A stretch of DNA of 64,000 bases. Origin: Gaiellaceae bacterium. Lineage in GTDB: Bacteria > Actinomycetota > Thermoleophilia > Gaiellales > Gaiellaceae. Of this stretch, positions 42,399 through 51,945 are shown piece by piece. A program made the translations under genes and the position numbers. Below the pieces are notes generated by a model. It was given only the letters and a program-made list of their open reading frames with translations, was not told where the DNA came from and did not search any database. Every line of letters begins with the position of its first letter. Within the stretch, counting starts at the first letter, position 1. The stretch lies in contig JBHEMZ010000054.1 of NCBI GenBank assembly GCA_046262315.1, positions 267-64,266 on the forward strand, written 5' to 3'.

Positions 42399-43329
42399 GC
42401 ACGTCCCCGTGCTGGCCGCCGAGGTGCGCGAGCTCCTCGACGTCCGGCCGGGCGAAACCGTGGTCGATGCCACCTTCGGAGCGGGCGGCCACGCCGCGCT
42501 GCTCGCTGCGGACCTCCGCGGCAGCGGCCGGTTCGTCGCAGTCGATCGAGATCCCACGGTACGTCCCTACTTCGAGCGCTTTCGCCGGCGCGCCGGCGTA
42601 CCCGCCCGCTTTCTGCGCGGCGAGGCGTCGCTCGTGCTCGGCCAGCTCGCGGACAACGATTTCCGTGCCGACGCGATTCTGCTCGACCTCGGCGTCTCGA
42701 GCATGCAGATCGACCGGCCGGAGCGCGGCTTCTCGTATGCGACGGATGCCCCGCTCGACATGCGCATGGACCCGCAGGCCGAAACGACCGCGCGCGACCT
42801 TGTCAACGAGGCCGGCGAGCGGGAATTGGCGCGCATCTTCCGTGCCTACGGCGAGGAGCGCTATGCACGCCAGGTCGCGAGGGCCATCGGCCGGCGTCGG
42901 CGCAAGGAGCCGTACGAGCGCACGGGTGAGCTCGTGGAGACGATCCGCGCGGCCATCCCGGCGCCCGCGCGCTTCGGCGACGGGCATCCCGCGAAGCGTG
43001 TCTTCCAGGCCCTGCGCATCGCTGTAAACGACGAGCTTGGCGAGCTCGAGGAAGCGCTGCCGGCAGCGGTCGAGATGCTTCGGCCCGAGGGTCGCCTCGC
43101 CGTCATCAGCTTCCACTCGCTCGAGGACAGGGTGGTCAAGCGGTTCATTCGAGATCTCGAGCGCGGCTGCGATTGCCCTCCGGACTTTCCGGTCTGCCGC
43201 TGTGGCCGGAAACCGGAGCTGCGGGCCCTGGTTCGGCGTCCGGTCCGGGCATCCGCGGCCGAGGTCGCCGCGAATTCGCGTGCGGCTTCGGCGCGCCTCC
43301 GGGTAGCCCTCAAGACCGAGGCCGACTAG
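42364..43329 (+). CDS. rsmH: 16S rRNA (cytosine1402-N4)-methyltransferase
   Basis: HVPVL, VDATFGAGGH, LLDLGVSSMQID, RGFSY, PLDMRMD and ISFHSLEDRVVK. Confidence 0.9.
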   Translation: MLPNVLQADGTEHVPVLAAEVRELLDVRPGETVVDATFGAGGHAALLAADLRGSGRFVAVDRDPTVRPYFERFRRRAGVPARFLRGEASLVLGQLADNDFRADAILLDLGVSSMQIDRPERGFSYATDAPLDMRMDPQAETTARDLVNEAGERELARIFRAYGEERYARQVARAIGRRRRKEPYERTGELVETIRAAIPAPARFGDGHPAKRVFQALRIAVNDELGELEEALPAAVEMLRPEGRLAVISFHSLEDRVVKRFIRDLERGCDCPPDFPVCRCGRKPELRALVRRPVRASAAEVAANSRAASARLRVALKTEAD

Positions 43330-43691
43330 TGGCCGTTGACGCCGCTCGCGCGCATGCACCTGCAGTCCCGTCGCGGCCGCGTCGTCCTCGCACGGCTTCA
43401 CGCGGCCTGCCGCGGCGGCGGCTGGCGGGTGGCGTCGTATGGATCGGCGCCGTTGCCGCGCTGCTTGCGGGCGTGGTCGCACTCAACGTGGCCGTCCTGC
43501 GCCTGAACCTCCAGCTCGACCAGCTCGGCAGCGAGCGCGCCCGCCTGCGCGCGGAGAACGCCGAGCTTCGCACGCGCGCTGCGAGCGCCGCCTCGGCCGC
43601 GCGCATCCGCGCGGCTGCGTACGTGGGTGGCTACCGCCCGTTCGACCCGACCGCGACCCGGTTCGTCGAGCTGGGCGCCCGCGCACGGTGA
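43329..43691 (+). CDS. ftsL: FtsL-like cell division protein (TM helix plus coiled coil)
   Basis: It occupies the canonical slot between rsmH and ftsI. The TM helix is VVWIGAVAALLAGVVALNVAVL and is followed by the leucine-zipper-like LRLNLQLDQLGSERARLRAENAEL. Both ends overlap their neighbours. Confidence 0.6.
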   Translation: MAVDAARAHAPAVPSRPRRPRTASRGLPRRRLAGGVVWIGAVAALLAGVVALNVAVLRLNLQLDQLGSERARLRAENAELRTRAASAASAARIRAAAYVGGYRPFDPTATRFVELGARAR

Positions 43692-45364
43692 GAGATAAGC
43701 GCCAGGCGGCGCGTCACGCGAACCGTCGTATCCGCCTGCTTCTGCTCGTCTTCGGGCTGATGTTCGCCGCGCTCTTCGGGCGCGCCGTGTGGCTCCAGGC
43801 GATCCAGGCAAGCTCGCTCGAGCGGCTCGCGGACACGCAGCATCGCGTCACCGTCTCCCTGCCCGCCGGGCGCGGCACCATCTTCGACCGCGCCGGCGTA
43901 CCGCTCGCGATCGGAACCCAGGCCACGACGGTCTACGCTGATCCGCGGCGCGTGCGCAACTCCTGGGAGGTTGCGCTCGCCGCCGGGCGCGCGCTGCACC
44001 TGGAGCCGGACGACCTGTACGCGCAACTCGCCGACCGGCGCCGGCGCTTCGTCTACGTCGCCCGCCAGTCCGACCGGGCGGGGGCGGAGACGCTGCGGGC
44101 CCAAAATCTGCCGGGCCTCGGGTTCTACCCGGAGGAGCGGCGGATCTACCCGCAAAACGACGTGGGCGCTCATGTGGTCGGGTATGCGGGAGTTGACAAC
44201 CGTGGGCTGGCGGGCGTCGAGCGGCAGTTCGACGCGGTGCTCGCCGGCGCGTCCGGCTCCGAGACCTACGTGCGCGAGCCGACCGGCCGCGCCGTGGAAG
44301 TCGTCCGCCGCGTGGTGCCGCGCGAGGGGCGCGACGTGCACCTCACGCTCGATCGTCTCATCCAGGCGAACGCCGAGCAGGCGCTGCGTCGCACGGTCCA
44401 GAAGTGGCAGGCGAAGGCGGCTACGGCGATCGTGCTCGACCCGCGCACCGGCGGAATCCTCGCGATGGCGGCGGTACCGCGCTTCGACGCGAACCGGTTC
44501 GACGAGACCTCGCCGGACGTCTCGCGCAACCGCGCGGTCACGGACACCTACGAGCCGGGTTCGACCTTCAAGGTCGTGACGGTCGCCGCCGTGCTCGCGC
44601 ATCGGATGGTGACGCCGCAGACCGGCTTCACGCTGGCGCCCTCGATCGAGGTGGCCGACCGCGTCATCAAGGAGTCGGAGCGCGATTACACGAAGTGGAT
44701 GACGGTCGCGGACATCGTCGCCGAGTCGTCGAACGTCGGCGCGGTCACGCTCGCACAGAGGCTCGGGCCCGATCTGCTGAGCCGCTGGATTCAGCGCTTC
44801 GGCTTCGGGCGCCGCACGGGCGTCGACTTTCCCGGCGAGACTCCGGGCATCGTTCCCGCGCTCGTGGGCTGGTCGGGCTCGACGATCGGCACGCTGCCGA
44901 TCGGGCACGGGATCGGCGTGACGCCGGTGCAGATGGCGGCCGCGTACGGTGCCATCGCGTCCGGCGGTGTCTGGCGTCGCCCGCACCTCGTCGAGCGCAT
45001 CGAGGGCGAGCCCGCCGTGCGGCCGGAGCACCGGCGTGTAATGCCGCAGCGCGTGGCCCGCCAGCTCCTCGACATGCTGCGCGGGGTCGTCACGCGCGGC
45101 AGCGGGGAAGCCGCCGCGGTGGCGGGCTACCGCGTCGCGGGCAAGACGGGCACGGCCGCGAAGCCAGACGACCGCGGTTACTCGCACACCCGTTATGTCG
45201 CGTCGTTCGTCGGCGTCGTGCCGGCGAGCAAGCCGCGATTCGTGATCCTCGTGGCGGTGGACGAGCCCCAGGGCGCCATCTGGGGAGGCAAGGTGGCCGC
45301 GCCGGCCTTTGCGGAGATCGCGCGTTTCGACCTGCAGTACGCAGGCGTAGCCCCCGACGGGTAG
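43688..45364 (+). CDS. ftsI: Class B penicillin-binding protein / peptidoglycan D,D-transpeptidase FtsI
   Basis: An N-terminal TM helix, RGTIFDRAG, and the catalytic motifs STFK (EPGSTFKV), SSN (ESSNVG) and KTGT (GKTGTA). Confidence 0.9.
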   Translation: MRDKRQAARHANRRIRLLLLVFGLMFAALFGRAVWLQAIQASSLERLADTQHRVTVSLPAGRGTIFDRAGVPLAIGTQATTVYADPRRVRNSWEVALAAGRALHLEPDDLYAQLADRRRRFVYVARQSDRAGAETLRAQNLPGLGFYPEERRIYPQNDVGAHVVGYAGVDNRGLAGVERQFDAVLAGASGSETYVREPTGRAVEVVRRVVPREGRDVHLTLDRLIQANAEQALRRTVQKWQAKAATAIVLDPRTGGILAMAAVPRFDANRFDETSPDVSRNRAVTDTYEPGSTFKVVTVAAVLAHRMVTPQTGFTLAPSIEVADRVIKESERDYTKWMTVADIVAESSNVGAVTLAQRLGPDLLSRWIQRFGFGRRTGVDFPGETPGIVPALVGWSGSTIGTLPIGHGIGVTPVQMAAAYGAIASGGVWRRPHLVERIEGEPAVRPEHRRVMPQRVARQLLDMLRGVVTRGSGEAAAVAGYRVAGKTGTAAKPDDRGYSHTRYVASFVGVVPASKPRFVILVAVDEPQGAIWGGKVAAPAFAEIARFDLQYAGVAPDG

Positions 45365-45419
45365 CCCGGCAGAGAGGTAGTTCCAGGCTCGCCGTGCGGT
45401 CGGCGAAGCCTCATTACGC

Positions 45420-45443
45420 GCCACCTGCGCCGGCGCAGGTGGC
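45420..45443 (+). terminator. Perfect 10-bp GC-rich hairpin after ftsI
   Basis: GCCACCTGCG-CCGG-CGCAGGTGGC lies 56 nt after the ftsI stop and is followed by TTCTCCCCT. There is no clean U-tract. Confidence 0.4.
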
Positions 45444-45685
45444 TTCTCCCCTGTCCGATACCCTCTTCTGCCGAACGGAGGGGCAAGGGAACCCGATGTT
45501 CCCGGAGAAAGCGACTTCCGGTGAGACTGCGACGAGGCGACGCCGGAGCCAGGCGCCCGGCGGGAGGCAAACGAGACGCCTAGGCAACGGTTGACTCATC
45601 GCGCGAGCAACGGGCTCCCGGGACCTCGAGCATCAGCGGAAACGCCGGCAAGGAGGGGTCTCACGGACGAACCAGGGGTTCGCTC

Positions 45686-47128
45686 GTGAACCTGTCGCGC
45701 CTCCTCGAGGCGATCGGGCCGGCCCGCGTCCTAGGCGACCCGCGTGTGGAGGTGCGCGACCTCGCGTACCGCGCCAAGGCCGCCGCCGAGGGGTCGCTGT
45801 TCTTCTGCGTGCGCGGCGCTCGCGCGGACGGCCACGACTTCGCCGCCGAGGCGGTCGAGCGCGGAGCCTCGGCGCTCGTCGTCGAGCGGGCACTCGACCT
45901 TCGAGTCCCGCAGCTCGTCGTCCCGGACGCCCGGGCGGCGATGGCTCCCGCGGCCACGACGTTCTTCGGCGATCCCACCTCCGAGCTCGAGGTCGTCGGC
46001 ATCACAGGGACGACCGGGAAGACGACGAGCGCGTTCCTGCTCTGCGAGATCCTCGACGCTGCCGGCCGCACGCCGGGTCTCGTCGGCACAGTCGAGACCC
46101 GGATCGGCGGCGAACGGCACCCTGCCGTGCGCACGACGCCGGAATCCATCGACCTCCAGCGAACCTTCAGGGCGATGCTCGACGCCGGTAACAGCAGCTG
46201 CGTGCTCGAGGCCACGTCGCACGGGGCCGAACTCGGCCGCCTGGACGGCGTCCGCTTCGCCGCGCTCGCCTTCACGAACCTGACCCAGGACCACCTGGAC
46301 TTCCACGGCTCGATGGAACAGTACTTCGCGGCGAAACGGCGGCTGTTCGTGACCGAGCCCCGCCCGCCCGCGGCGGTCAACGTTGGCGACGCCTGGGGAC
46401 GAAAAATGGCCGACGAACTGCGCGGCGGCGGCACGCTGCTCACCTACGGGTTCGCGGACGACGCCGAGGTGCGTCCCAACGCGTTCGTGCTGTCCGCGGA
46501 CGGTGCGCGTTTCCGGCTGGACGGCGTGGAGGTGCGAACCGCGCTGCGGGGACGGTTCAACGTGGAGAACGCGCTAACGGCGGCGGCTGCAGCCAGGCTC
46601 GTCGGCGTCCCTGACGAGCTGATCGCGGCCGGGCTCGCCGCGCTCCGCAGTGTTCCGGGTCGCTTCGAGACAATCGACGAAGGCCAGCCTTTCACCGTGG
46701 TGGTCGACTACTCACACAAGCCCGATGCACTCGCCAACGTCCTTCGAACGGCACGCGAGCTCACGCCGGGCCGCGTGCTCTGCGTGTTCGGCGCGGGCGG
46801 CGACCGCGACCGCACCAAACGGCCCGTGATGGGCCGGATTGCCTCCGAGCTGGCCGACGTGGCCATCCTCACCTCCGACAACCCCCGGAGCGAGCGACCG
46901 CAGGCCATCGCCGACGAGATCCTGGCCGGCGTAACGGCGAACATCGATGTCGAGCTCGACCGCCGCGCCGCGATCGCGCGCGCGCTGCAACTCGCCGGCC
47001 CGGACGACGTTGTCGTGATCGCCGGCAAGGGCCACGAACAGGGACAGGAGAGCGGCGGACGCGTCCTGCCGTTCGACGACCGCGAGGTCGCGCGTGAGGA
47101 GCTGCGGCGCCTGGGAGCCCTCGCGTGA
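45686..47128 (+). CDS. murE: UDP-N-acetylmuramoyl-L-alanyl-D-glutamate--2,6-diaminopimelate ligase
   Basis: GITGTTGKTT and the DNPR motif (TSDNPRSE), which is associated with meso-DAP specificity. It is in the canonical dcw position. Confidence 0.92.
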   Translation: MNLSRLLEAIGPARVLGDPRVEVRDLAYRAKAAAEGSLFFCVRGARADGHDFAAEAVERGASALVVERALDLRVPQLVVPDARAAMAPAATTFFGDPTSELEVVGITGTTGKTTSAFLLCEILDAAGRTPGLVGTVETRIGGERHPAVRTTPESIDLQRTFRAMLDAGNSSCVLEATSHGAELGRLDGVRFAALAFTNLTQDHLDFHGSMEQYFAAKRRLFVTEPRPPAAVNVGDAWGRKMADELRGGGTLLTYGFADDAEVRPNAFVLSADGARFRLDGVEVRTALRGRFNVENALTAAAAARLVGVPDELIAAGLAALRSVPGRFETIDEGQPFTVVVDYSHKPDALANVLRTARELTPGRVLCVFGAGGDRDRTKRPVMGRIASELADVAILTSDNPRSERPQAIADEILAGVTANIDVELDRRAAIARALQLAGPDDVVVIAGKGHEQGQESGGRVLPFDDREVAREELRRLGALA

Positions 47129-48432
47129 TCCCGCTCGGGCTGGACGAGGTCGAAGGCCTTTGCGGCGGCAACCTCGTTCGCGCCGGCTGGACCGGCGAAG
47201 TCACCGGCGTGCAGATCGACTCGCGCCGCGTCGATGAGGGCGATCTCTTCGTCGCCGTCGGAGGTGGCTCGGCGTTCCGCGATCACGCGTTCGCGCGCGG
47301 CGCTGCGGCTGTTCTGCTTCCCGACGATGCGTTCGCCGCGCTCGGGGTGCTCGGCCGCACCGTACGCGAGCGCAGCTCGGCCCGGGTGGTGGGGATCACA
47401 GGCTCGACGGGAAAGACGTCGACGAAGGACATCCTCTTCGCGCTCTGCCGTCGGCACGCGCGCACCGTTGCGGCGGAGGCAAGCTACAACGCTGAGCTCG
47501 GCGTCCCGCTGACGCTCTGCCGCCTGGAGTCCGACACCGAGCTCTGCGTGCTGGAGCTCGCTATGCGGGGCTTCGGTCAGATTGCGGCGCTCTGCGAGAT
47601 CGCCAGACCGCACGTCGGCGTGATTACCACGATTGCAGCGGCGCATCTGGAGTTCGTCGGCTCGCTTACGGGCGTCGCGCGCGCGAAGGCGGAGCTGCTC
47701 GCGGCTCTCCCCGACGGTGGGGTCGCGATCGTTCCTGCGGGCGCGCCCGGGCTGGACGAGCACCTCCGTTCGGACCTGGATGTGCGACGTTTCGGCCGGG
47801 GTGGTGAGGCGGTGCTGGAGCACTTCGAGCGCGCCGGCCAGGGATCGCGGGCCACCTATCGGCTCGGCGACCGCATGCTCGACCTCGAGTTGAGCCTGAC
47901 CGCACGTCACCAGGCGGAGAACGCACTCCCCGCGTTGCTCGCCTACGACGCACTCGGCCTCCCGCTCGACCGCGCCCATGAGGGCGCTCGCACGATCGAG
48001 CTCTCCCGCTGGCGCGGCGACGAAGTGCCACTGCCGGGTGGCGGTCTGCTCATCAACGACGCCTACAACGCCAACCCGCTCTCGATGCGAGCCGCGCTGG
48101 CGCACCTCGTGGAGCGCGCCGAGGGCCGGCGCACCGTCGCGGTACTCGGTGACATGGCCGAGCTGGGTCCGGACGCGCCTGCTTACCACGAGGAGGTCGG
48201 GCGCAACGTACGCGACCTCGGGATCGACGCGCTGCTTGCGGTTGGGCCGCTCGCGGCGGGGTACCTGCGCGGAGCCGAGGGGCTCGCGAGCGTCGAATGG
48301 GTGGCGGATCTTCCCGGTGCGCTCGAGCGTCTCGACACATTCGTGCGCCCTGGCGACTGCGTGCTCGTCAAGGCCTCGCGCGCGGCGGGCTTGGAGGAAA
48401 TCGCCGAGGCGCTCGGAACCGTGCTCGCGTGA
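47125..48432 (+). CDS. murF: UDP-N-acetylmuramoyl-tripeptide--D-alanyl-D-alanine ligase
   Basis: GITGSTGKTSTKD, NDAYNANP and VLGDMAELG. There is a 4-nt overlap with murE. Confidence 0.9.
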   Translation: MIPLGLDEVEGLCGGNLVRAGWTGEVTGVQIDSRRVDEGDLFVAVGGGSAFRDHAFARGAAAVLLPDDAFAALGVLGRTVRERSSARVVGITGSTGKTSTKDILFALCRRHARTVAAEASYNAELGVPLTLCRLESDTELCVLELAMRGFGQIAALCEIARPHVGVITTIAAAHLEFVGSLTGVARAKAELLAALPDGGVAIVPAGAPGLDEHLRSDLDVRRFGRGGEAVLEHFERAGQGSRATYRLGDRMLDLELSLTARHQAENALPALLAYDALGLPLDRAHEGARTIELSRWRGDEVPLPGGGLLINDAYNANPLSMRAALAHLVERAEGRRTVAVLGDMAELGPDAPAYHEEVGRNVRDLGIDALLAVGPLAAGYLRGAEGLASVEWVADLPGALERLDTFVRPGDCVLVKASRAAGLEEIAEALGTVLA

Positions 48433-48449
48433 GCGAGGTCGCAAGCTAG

Positions 48450-49463
48450 ATGGAACGCGTCATCCTGGCGGGCATCCTCGGGATGGTCATCGCCATCGTC
48501 GCGGGCCCGAAGTTCATCGAGTTCCTGCGCCGCAACGAGCTGGGCCAGCACATCCGCGAGGAGGGGCCCGCCGGTCACGTCGTCAAGCAGGGCACGCCGG
48601 TCATGGGCGGCTTGCTGATCGTCATCGGCGCTGCGCTGCCCTTCTTCGCGCTCAGCCACTACACGGTGCAGGCGTTCGCCGTGTTCGCCGTCACCGTCGG
48701 CTGCGCGGCGGTCGGCTTCCTTGACGACTTCATCAAGCTCACGCACCGCCGCTCACTCGGCCTGAACGGGCGCTGGAAGCTCCTGCTGCTGGCCGGGATC
48801 ACCTTCATGCTGGGCTGGGCGGCGTTCCACGAGGATCTCGAGACGCGCGTCTACGTTCCCGGGGTCGGCTCGCTCGACCTCTGGTGGCTCTGGTACGGCC
48901 TGCTCTTTTTCGTGATCGCCGGCGCTGCGAACGGCGTGAACCTCACGGACGGGATCGACGGCCTCGCCGCGGGCACCGGGATCATCGCGCTCATCACCTT
49001 CACCGCCATCAACGTCTTTACCTCGATCCGTCTGGGCCAGCCTGCGTTCGAGGGGCAGCGTGAGGCGTACCTGGACATGGCCATCCTGGGCGGGGCGCTC
49101 GCGGGGGCGGCGATCGGCTTCCTCTGGTTCAACGCGTTCCCGGCGGACGTGTTCATGGGAGACACGGGCTCGATGGCGATCGGCGGTGCGCTCGGCGCGT
49201 TCGCGGTCATGACGAAGACGGAGCTCCTTCTGCTGCTCGTCGGCGGGATCTTCGTGATCGAGGCGCTGTCCGTGATCCTCCAGGTTGCCAGCTTCAAGTA
49301 CTGGGGTCGGCGAATCTTCCTGATGGCGCCGATCCACCACCACTTCGAGATGAAGGCCTGGTCGGAGACGAAGATCATGGTGCGGTTCTGGATCGTCGCG
49401 GCCATCCTCTGCGGCGTCGCCTTCGCCCTCTACCGACAGTACTTCCCCGAGTTCCCGAGATGA
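48450..49463 (+). CDS. mraY: Phospho-N-acetylmuramoyl-pentapeptide transferase
   Basis: KQGTPVMGG, NGVNLTDGIDGLA, FMGDTGSMAIGG and APIHHHFE. Confidence 0.95.
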   Translation: MERVILAGILGMVIAIVAGPKFIEFLRRNELGQHIREEGPAGHVVKQGTPVMGGLLIVIGAALPFFALSHYTVQAFAVFAVTVGCAAVGFLDDFIKLTHRRSLGLNGRWKLLLLAGITFMLGWAAFHEDLETRVYVPGVGSLDLWWLWYGLLFFVIAGAANGVNLTDGIDGLAAGTGIIALITFTAINVFTSIRLGQPAFEGQREAYLDMAILGGALAGAAIGFLWFNAFPADVFMGDTGSMAIGGALGAFAVMTKTELLLLLVGGIFVIEALSVILQVASFKYWGRRIFLMAPIHHHFEMKAWSETKIMVRFWIVAAILCGVAFALYRQYFPEFPR

Positions 49464-50713
49464 GCGAACTGCCCGTCCGCGCGCTCGTCGTCGGGCTCGC
49501 GCGCTCGGGGCAGTCGGCAGCGCTCGCACTCGCGCGGCGGGGGGTGCGCGTGACGGGCGTGGACCGCCGCGACCTCGACGCCGGGAGGCTTCGCGAGGCC
49601 GGCGTCGAAGTGCGCCTCGGGAGCGAGGAGGGAGCATTGGCAGGCGACGTGGACGTGGTGATCAAGAGCCCGGGGGTGCCCGCAGGGGCGCCGCCGGTCG
49701 CCGCCGCGCGCGATCGGTGCGTGCCCGTCTGGAGCGAGGTCGAGCTCGGCTTCCGCCTGCTTGAAAACCCGATCGTGGGCGTTACCGGCACCAACGGCAA
49801 GACGACGACGAGCGAGCTCCTGGGCGCGGTCTTCCGGGCCGCGGGCCGCGGGGTCGCGGTGGCCGGCAACGTCGGCAGGCCTCTGACCGCGCTGGACGGC
49901 GAGCTTTCGAGCGACGCCTGGATCGTCTGCGAACTCTCCAGCTTCCAGCTCGAGGACATCGAGCGCTTCCGCCCGCGAATCGGCGTGCTGCTCAACCTCG
50001 AACCGGATCACCTCGACCGGCACGAGGGCTTCGAGCGCTACCGGGAAGCCAAGCTTCGCCTCTTCGAGAACCAGCGCGCGGGCGACACGGCGGTGCTGCC
50101 CCGGGGATTCGGACCGGTGCCCGGGGAGGCCGAGCGCCGGGAGTTCGACGCCGCCGACCCGCTCCCCGCCGAGCCCCGCATCCCGGGCCGGCACAACCGC
50201 GAGAACGCCGCCGCTGCAACCGCAGCCGCGCGTGCGGCAGGCCTCGGGGACGAGGCGATCGGCCAAGCCCTGGCGAGCTTCGCGGGCGTCCCGCACCGGC
50301 TCGAGCTTGTGCGCACCGTACGAGGCGTGCGCTGGGTGAACGACTCGAAGGCCACGAACACGGCCGCGGCTCGGCGGGCGCTCGAGGCGTATGCCGGCGA
50401 GTCCGTCCGCCTCATCCTGGGCGGCACGCCGAAGGGAGAGCTGTTCGACACGCTCGCAGCGCAGATCGGTCCGAGCGTCCGCTCCGTTCACCTCGTCGGC
50501 GACGCCGCCGACGAGCTCGCGGCCGTCCTCGACGTCGCCGGCGTTGCCTACCGGCGCGAGGGCACGCTCGAGCGCGCGGTCGCCACCGCAGCCGCGGAGG
50601 CCGAGCCGGGCGACGTCGTCCTGCTCGCGCCCGCGTGCGCGAGCTACGACCAGTACGCGAGCTTCGAGGAGCGCGGCGACCATTTCCGTCGGCTCGTGGA
50701 GAGGCTGCCGTGA
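49460..50713 (+). CDS. murD: UDP-N-acetylmuramoylalanine--D-glutamate ligase
   Basis: VVGLARSGQSAA, GVTGTNGKTTT, NDSKATN and SYDQY. Confidence 0.92.
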   Translation: MSELPVRALVVGLARSGQSAALALARRGVRVTGVDRRDLDAGRLREAGVEVRLGSEEGALAGDVDVVIKSPGVPAGAPPVAAARDRCVPVWSEVELGFRLLENPIVGVTGTNGKTTTSELLGAVFRAAGRGVAVAGNVGRPLTALDGELSSDAWIVCELSSFQLEDIERFRPRIGVLLNLEPDHLDRHEGFERYREAKLRLFENQRAGDTAVLPRGFGPVPGEAERREFDAADPLPAEPRIPGRHNRENAAAATAAARAAGLGDEAIGQALASFAGVPHRLELVRTVRGVRWVNDSKATNTAAARRALEAYAGESVRLILGGTPKGELFDTLAAQIGPSVRSVHLVGDAADELAAVLDVAGVAYRREGTLERAVATAAAEAEPGDVVLLAPACASYDQYASFEERGDHFRRLVERLP

Positions 50714-51945
50714 GGAAGGGGCAGCTCGAGGCGAGCCTGCTTGTGCTCGTGACGCTGTGCCTCGTGGCGTTCGGGCTTGTGATGGTCTACAGCGCGACCT
50801 CCGCGCCGGCCGCACTCGGCAATTCGGATCCGGGCTTCTACCTGAAGCGGCAGTCGGTGTACGCGCTGATCGGCCTGGCGCTGATGATGGGAGCCGCGCG
50901 CCTCGATTACCACGCGCTCCGCTACTTCTCGCCGATCCTGCTCGGGACGGCATTCGTGCTCTGCGTCGCCGTGCTCGTCGTCGGCGAGTCCGTCAACGGC
51001 GCGAGGCGCTGGCTGACCGCCGGCCCCGCCGTGTTCCAGCCTTCGGAGCTGGCGAAGCTCGCCGTCGCCGTCTGGGCCGCCGCCTACCTCAGCCGCCGTC
51101 GGGCGCCGCGTACCGTCGGCGAGCTGGCGCGCCCGATCGGCCTCGTCGCCGGCCTGTTCTGCCTGCTCCTCCTCGCCGAGCCCGATCTCGGCACCACGAT
51201 CACGCTCGTCGTCATGCTCGGCGGCCTGCTCCTCGTCGTTGGCACGCCGCTGCGATTGCTCGCGCTCGCAGGCGGCGTGTGCATCGCGCTCGGCTTCGCC
51301 GCCATCTGGGTGGAGCCGTACCGGCGCGACCGTTTCCTCAGCTTCCTCGACCCGTGGCAGGACGCGCAAGGGAGCGGATTCCAGGTGGTGCAGGCGATGC
51401 TCGGGATGGGCTCCGGCGGCTTGTTCGGAAAGGGCCTCGGCGAAAGCGTGCTCAAGCTCTTCTACCTGCCGGAGGCGCACACGGACATGATCTTCGCCAT
51501 CATCGGCGAGGAACTCGGGCTCGTCGGCGTGACGGCCGTGCTGGCCGCGTACAGCGTCTTCGCCTATGCGGGTTTCCGGGTCGCGCTGCGCTGCAAGGAC
51601 GCGTTCGGCAAGTGTCTCGCCGCCGCGTTGACCACGCTCGTCTGCGGCCAGGCGGTCGTCAACCTCGCCGCTGTGCTCGGGCTGGCGCCGCTCACCGGGA
51701 TCCCACTGCCGTTCGTGTCGGCGGGCGGCTCGAGCCTCGTCGTCGCGCTCGCGGCAGTCGGCATCCTCCTTAACATCGCGAGTGATGACTCCGCCGAGAG
51801 ACGAGCTCGCCTGCCTGATCGCAGCAGGCGGGACGGCAGGTCACGTGCTGCCGGCGCTCGCCGTCGCGGAGGAGCTTCGAGACAAAGGCGTCCGCGTGAC
51901 ATTCGCCGGGTCGCCGGAGCGACTCGAGGCGCGGCTCGTCCCTGA
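50710..51945 (+). CDS. ftsW: Peptidoglycan glycosyltransferase FtsW (SEDS family) with an unusual Arg-rich C-terminal extension
   Basis: QPSELAKL, GSGFQVVQAMLGMGSGGLFGKGLG, PEAHTDMIFAIIGEELG and PLPFVSAGGSS. The GTG overlaps the murD stop. The frame stays open 164 nt into murG. Confidence 0.88.
   Translation: MRKGQLEASLLVLVTLCLVAFGLVMVYSATSAPAALGNSDPGFYLKRQSVYALIGLALMMGAARLDYHALRYFSPILLGTAFVLCVAVLVVGESVNGARRWLTAGPAVFQPSELAKLAVAVWAAAYLSRRRAPRTVGELARPIGLVAGLFCLLLLAEPDLGTTITLVVMLGGLLLVVGTPLRLLALAGGVCIALGFAAIWVEPYRRDRFLSFLDPWQDAQGSGFQVVQAMLGMGSGGLFGKGLGESVLKLFYLPEAHTDMIFAIIGEELGLVGVTAVLAAYSVFAYAGFRVALRCKDAFGKCLAAALTTLVCGQAVVNLAAVLGLAPLTGIPLPFVSAGGSSLVVALAAVGILLNIASDDSAERRARLPDRSRRDGRSRAAGARRRGGASRQRRPRDIRRVAGATRGAARP

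Noticed and set aside
45460-45600. Glycine-riboswitch-like words (CCGAACGGAGGGGCAA; CGGCGGGAGGCAA...CCTAGGCAACGG) in the ftsI-murE spacer
   Set aside because: The order and spacing do not fit the GGAGAG / ACCGAAGGGGCAA / CUCAGGCAAAAGGAC core. There is no room for the P3a hairpin in the second unit, and no first GGAGAG element precedes the first unit. The region is kept only as an unclassified structured spacer and needs an Infernal search.
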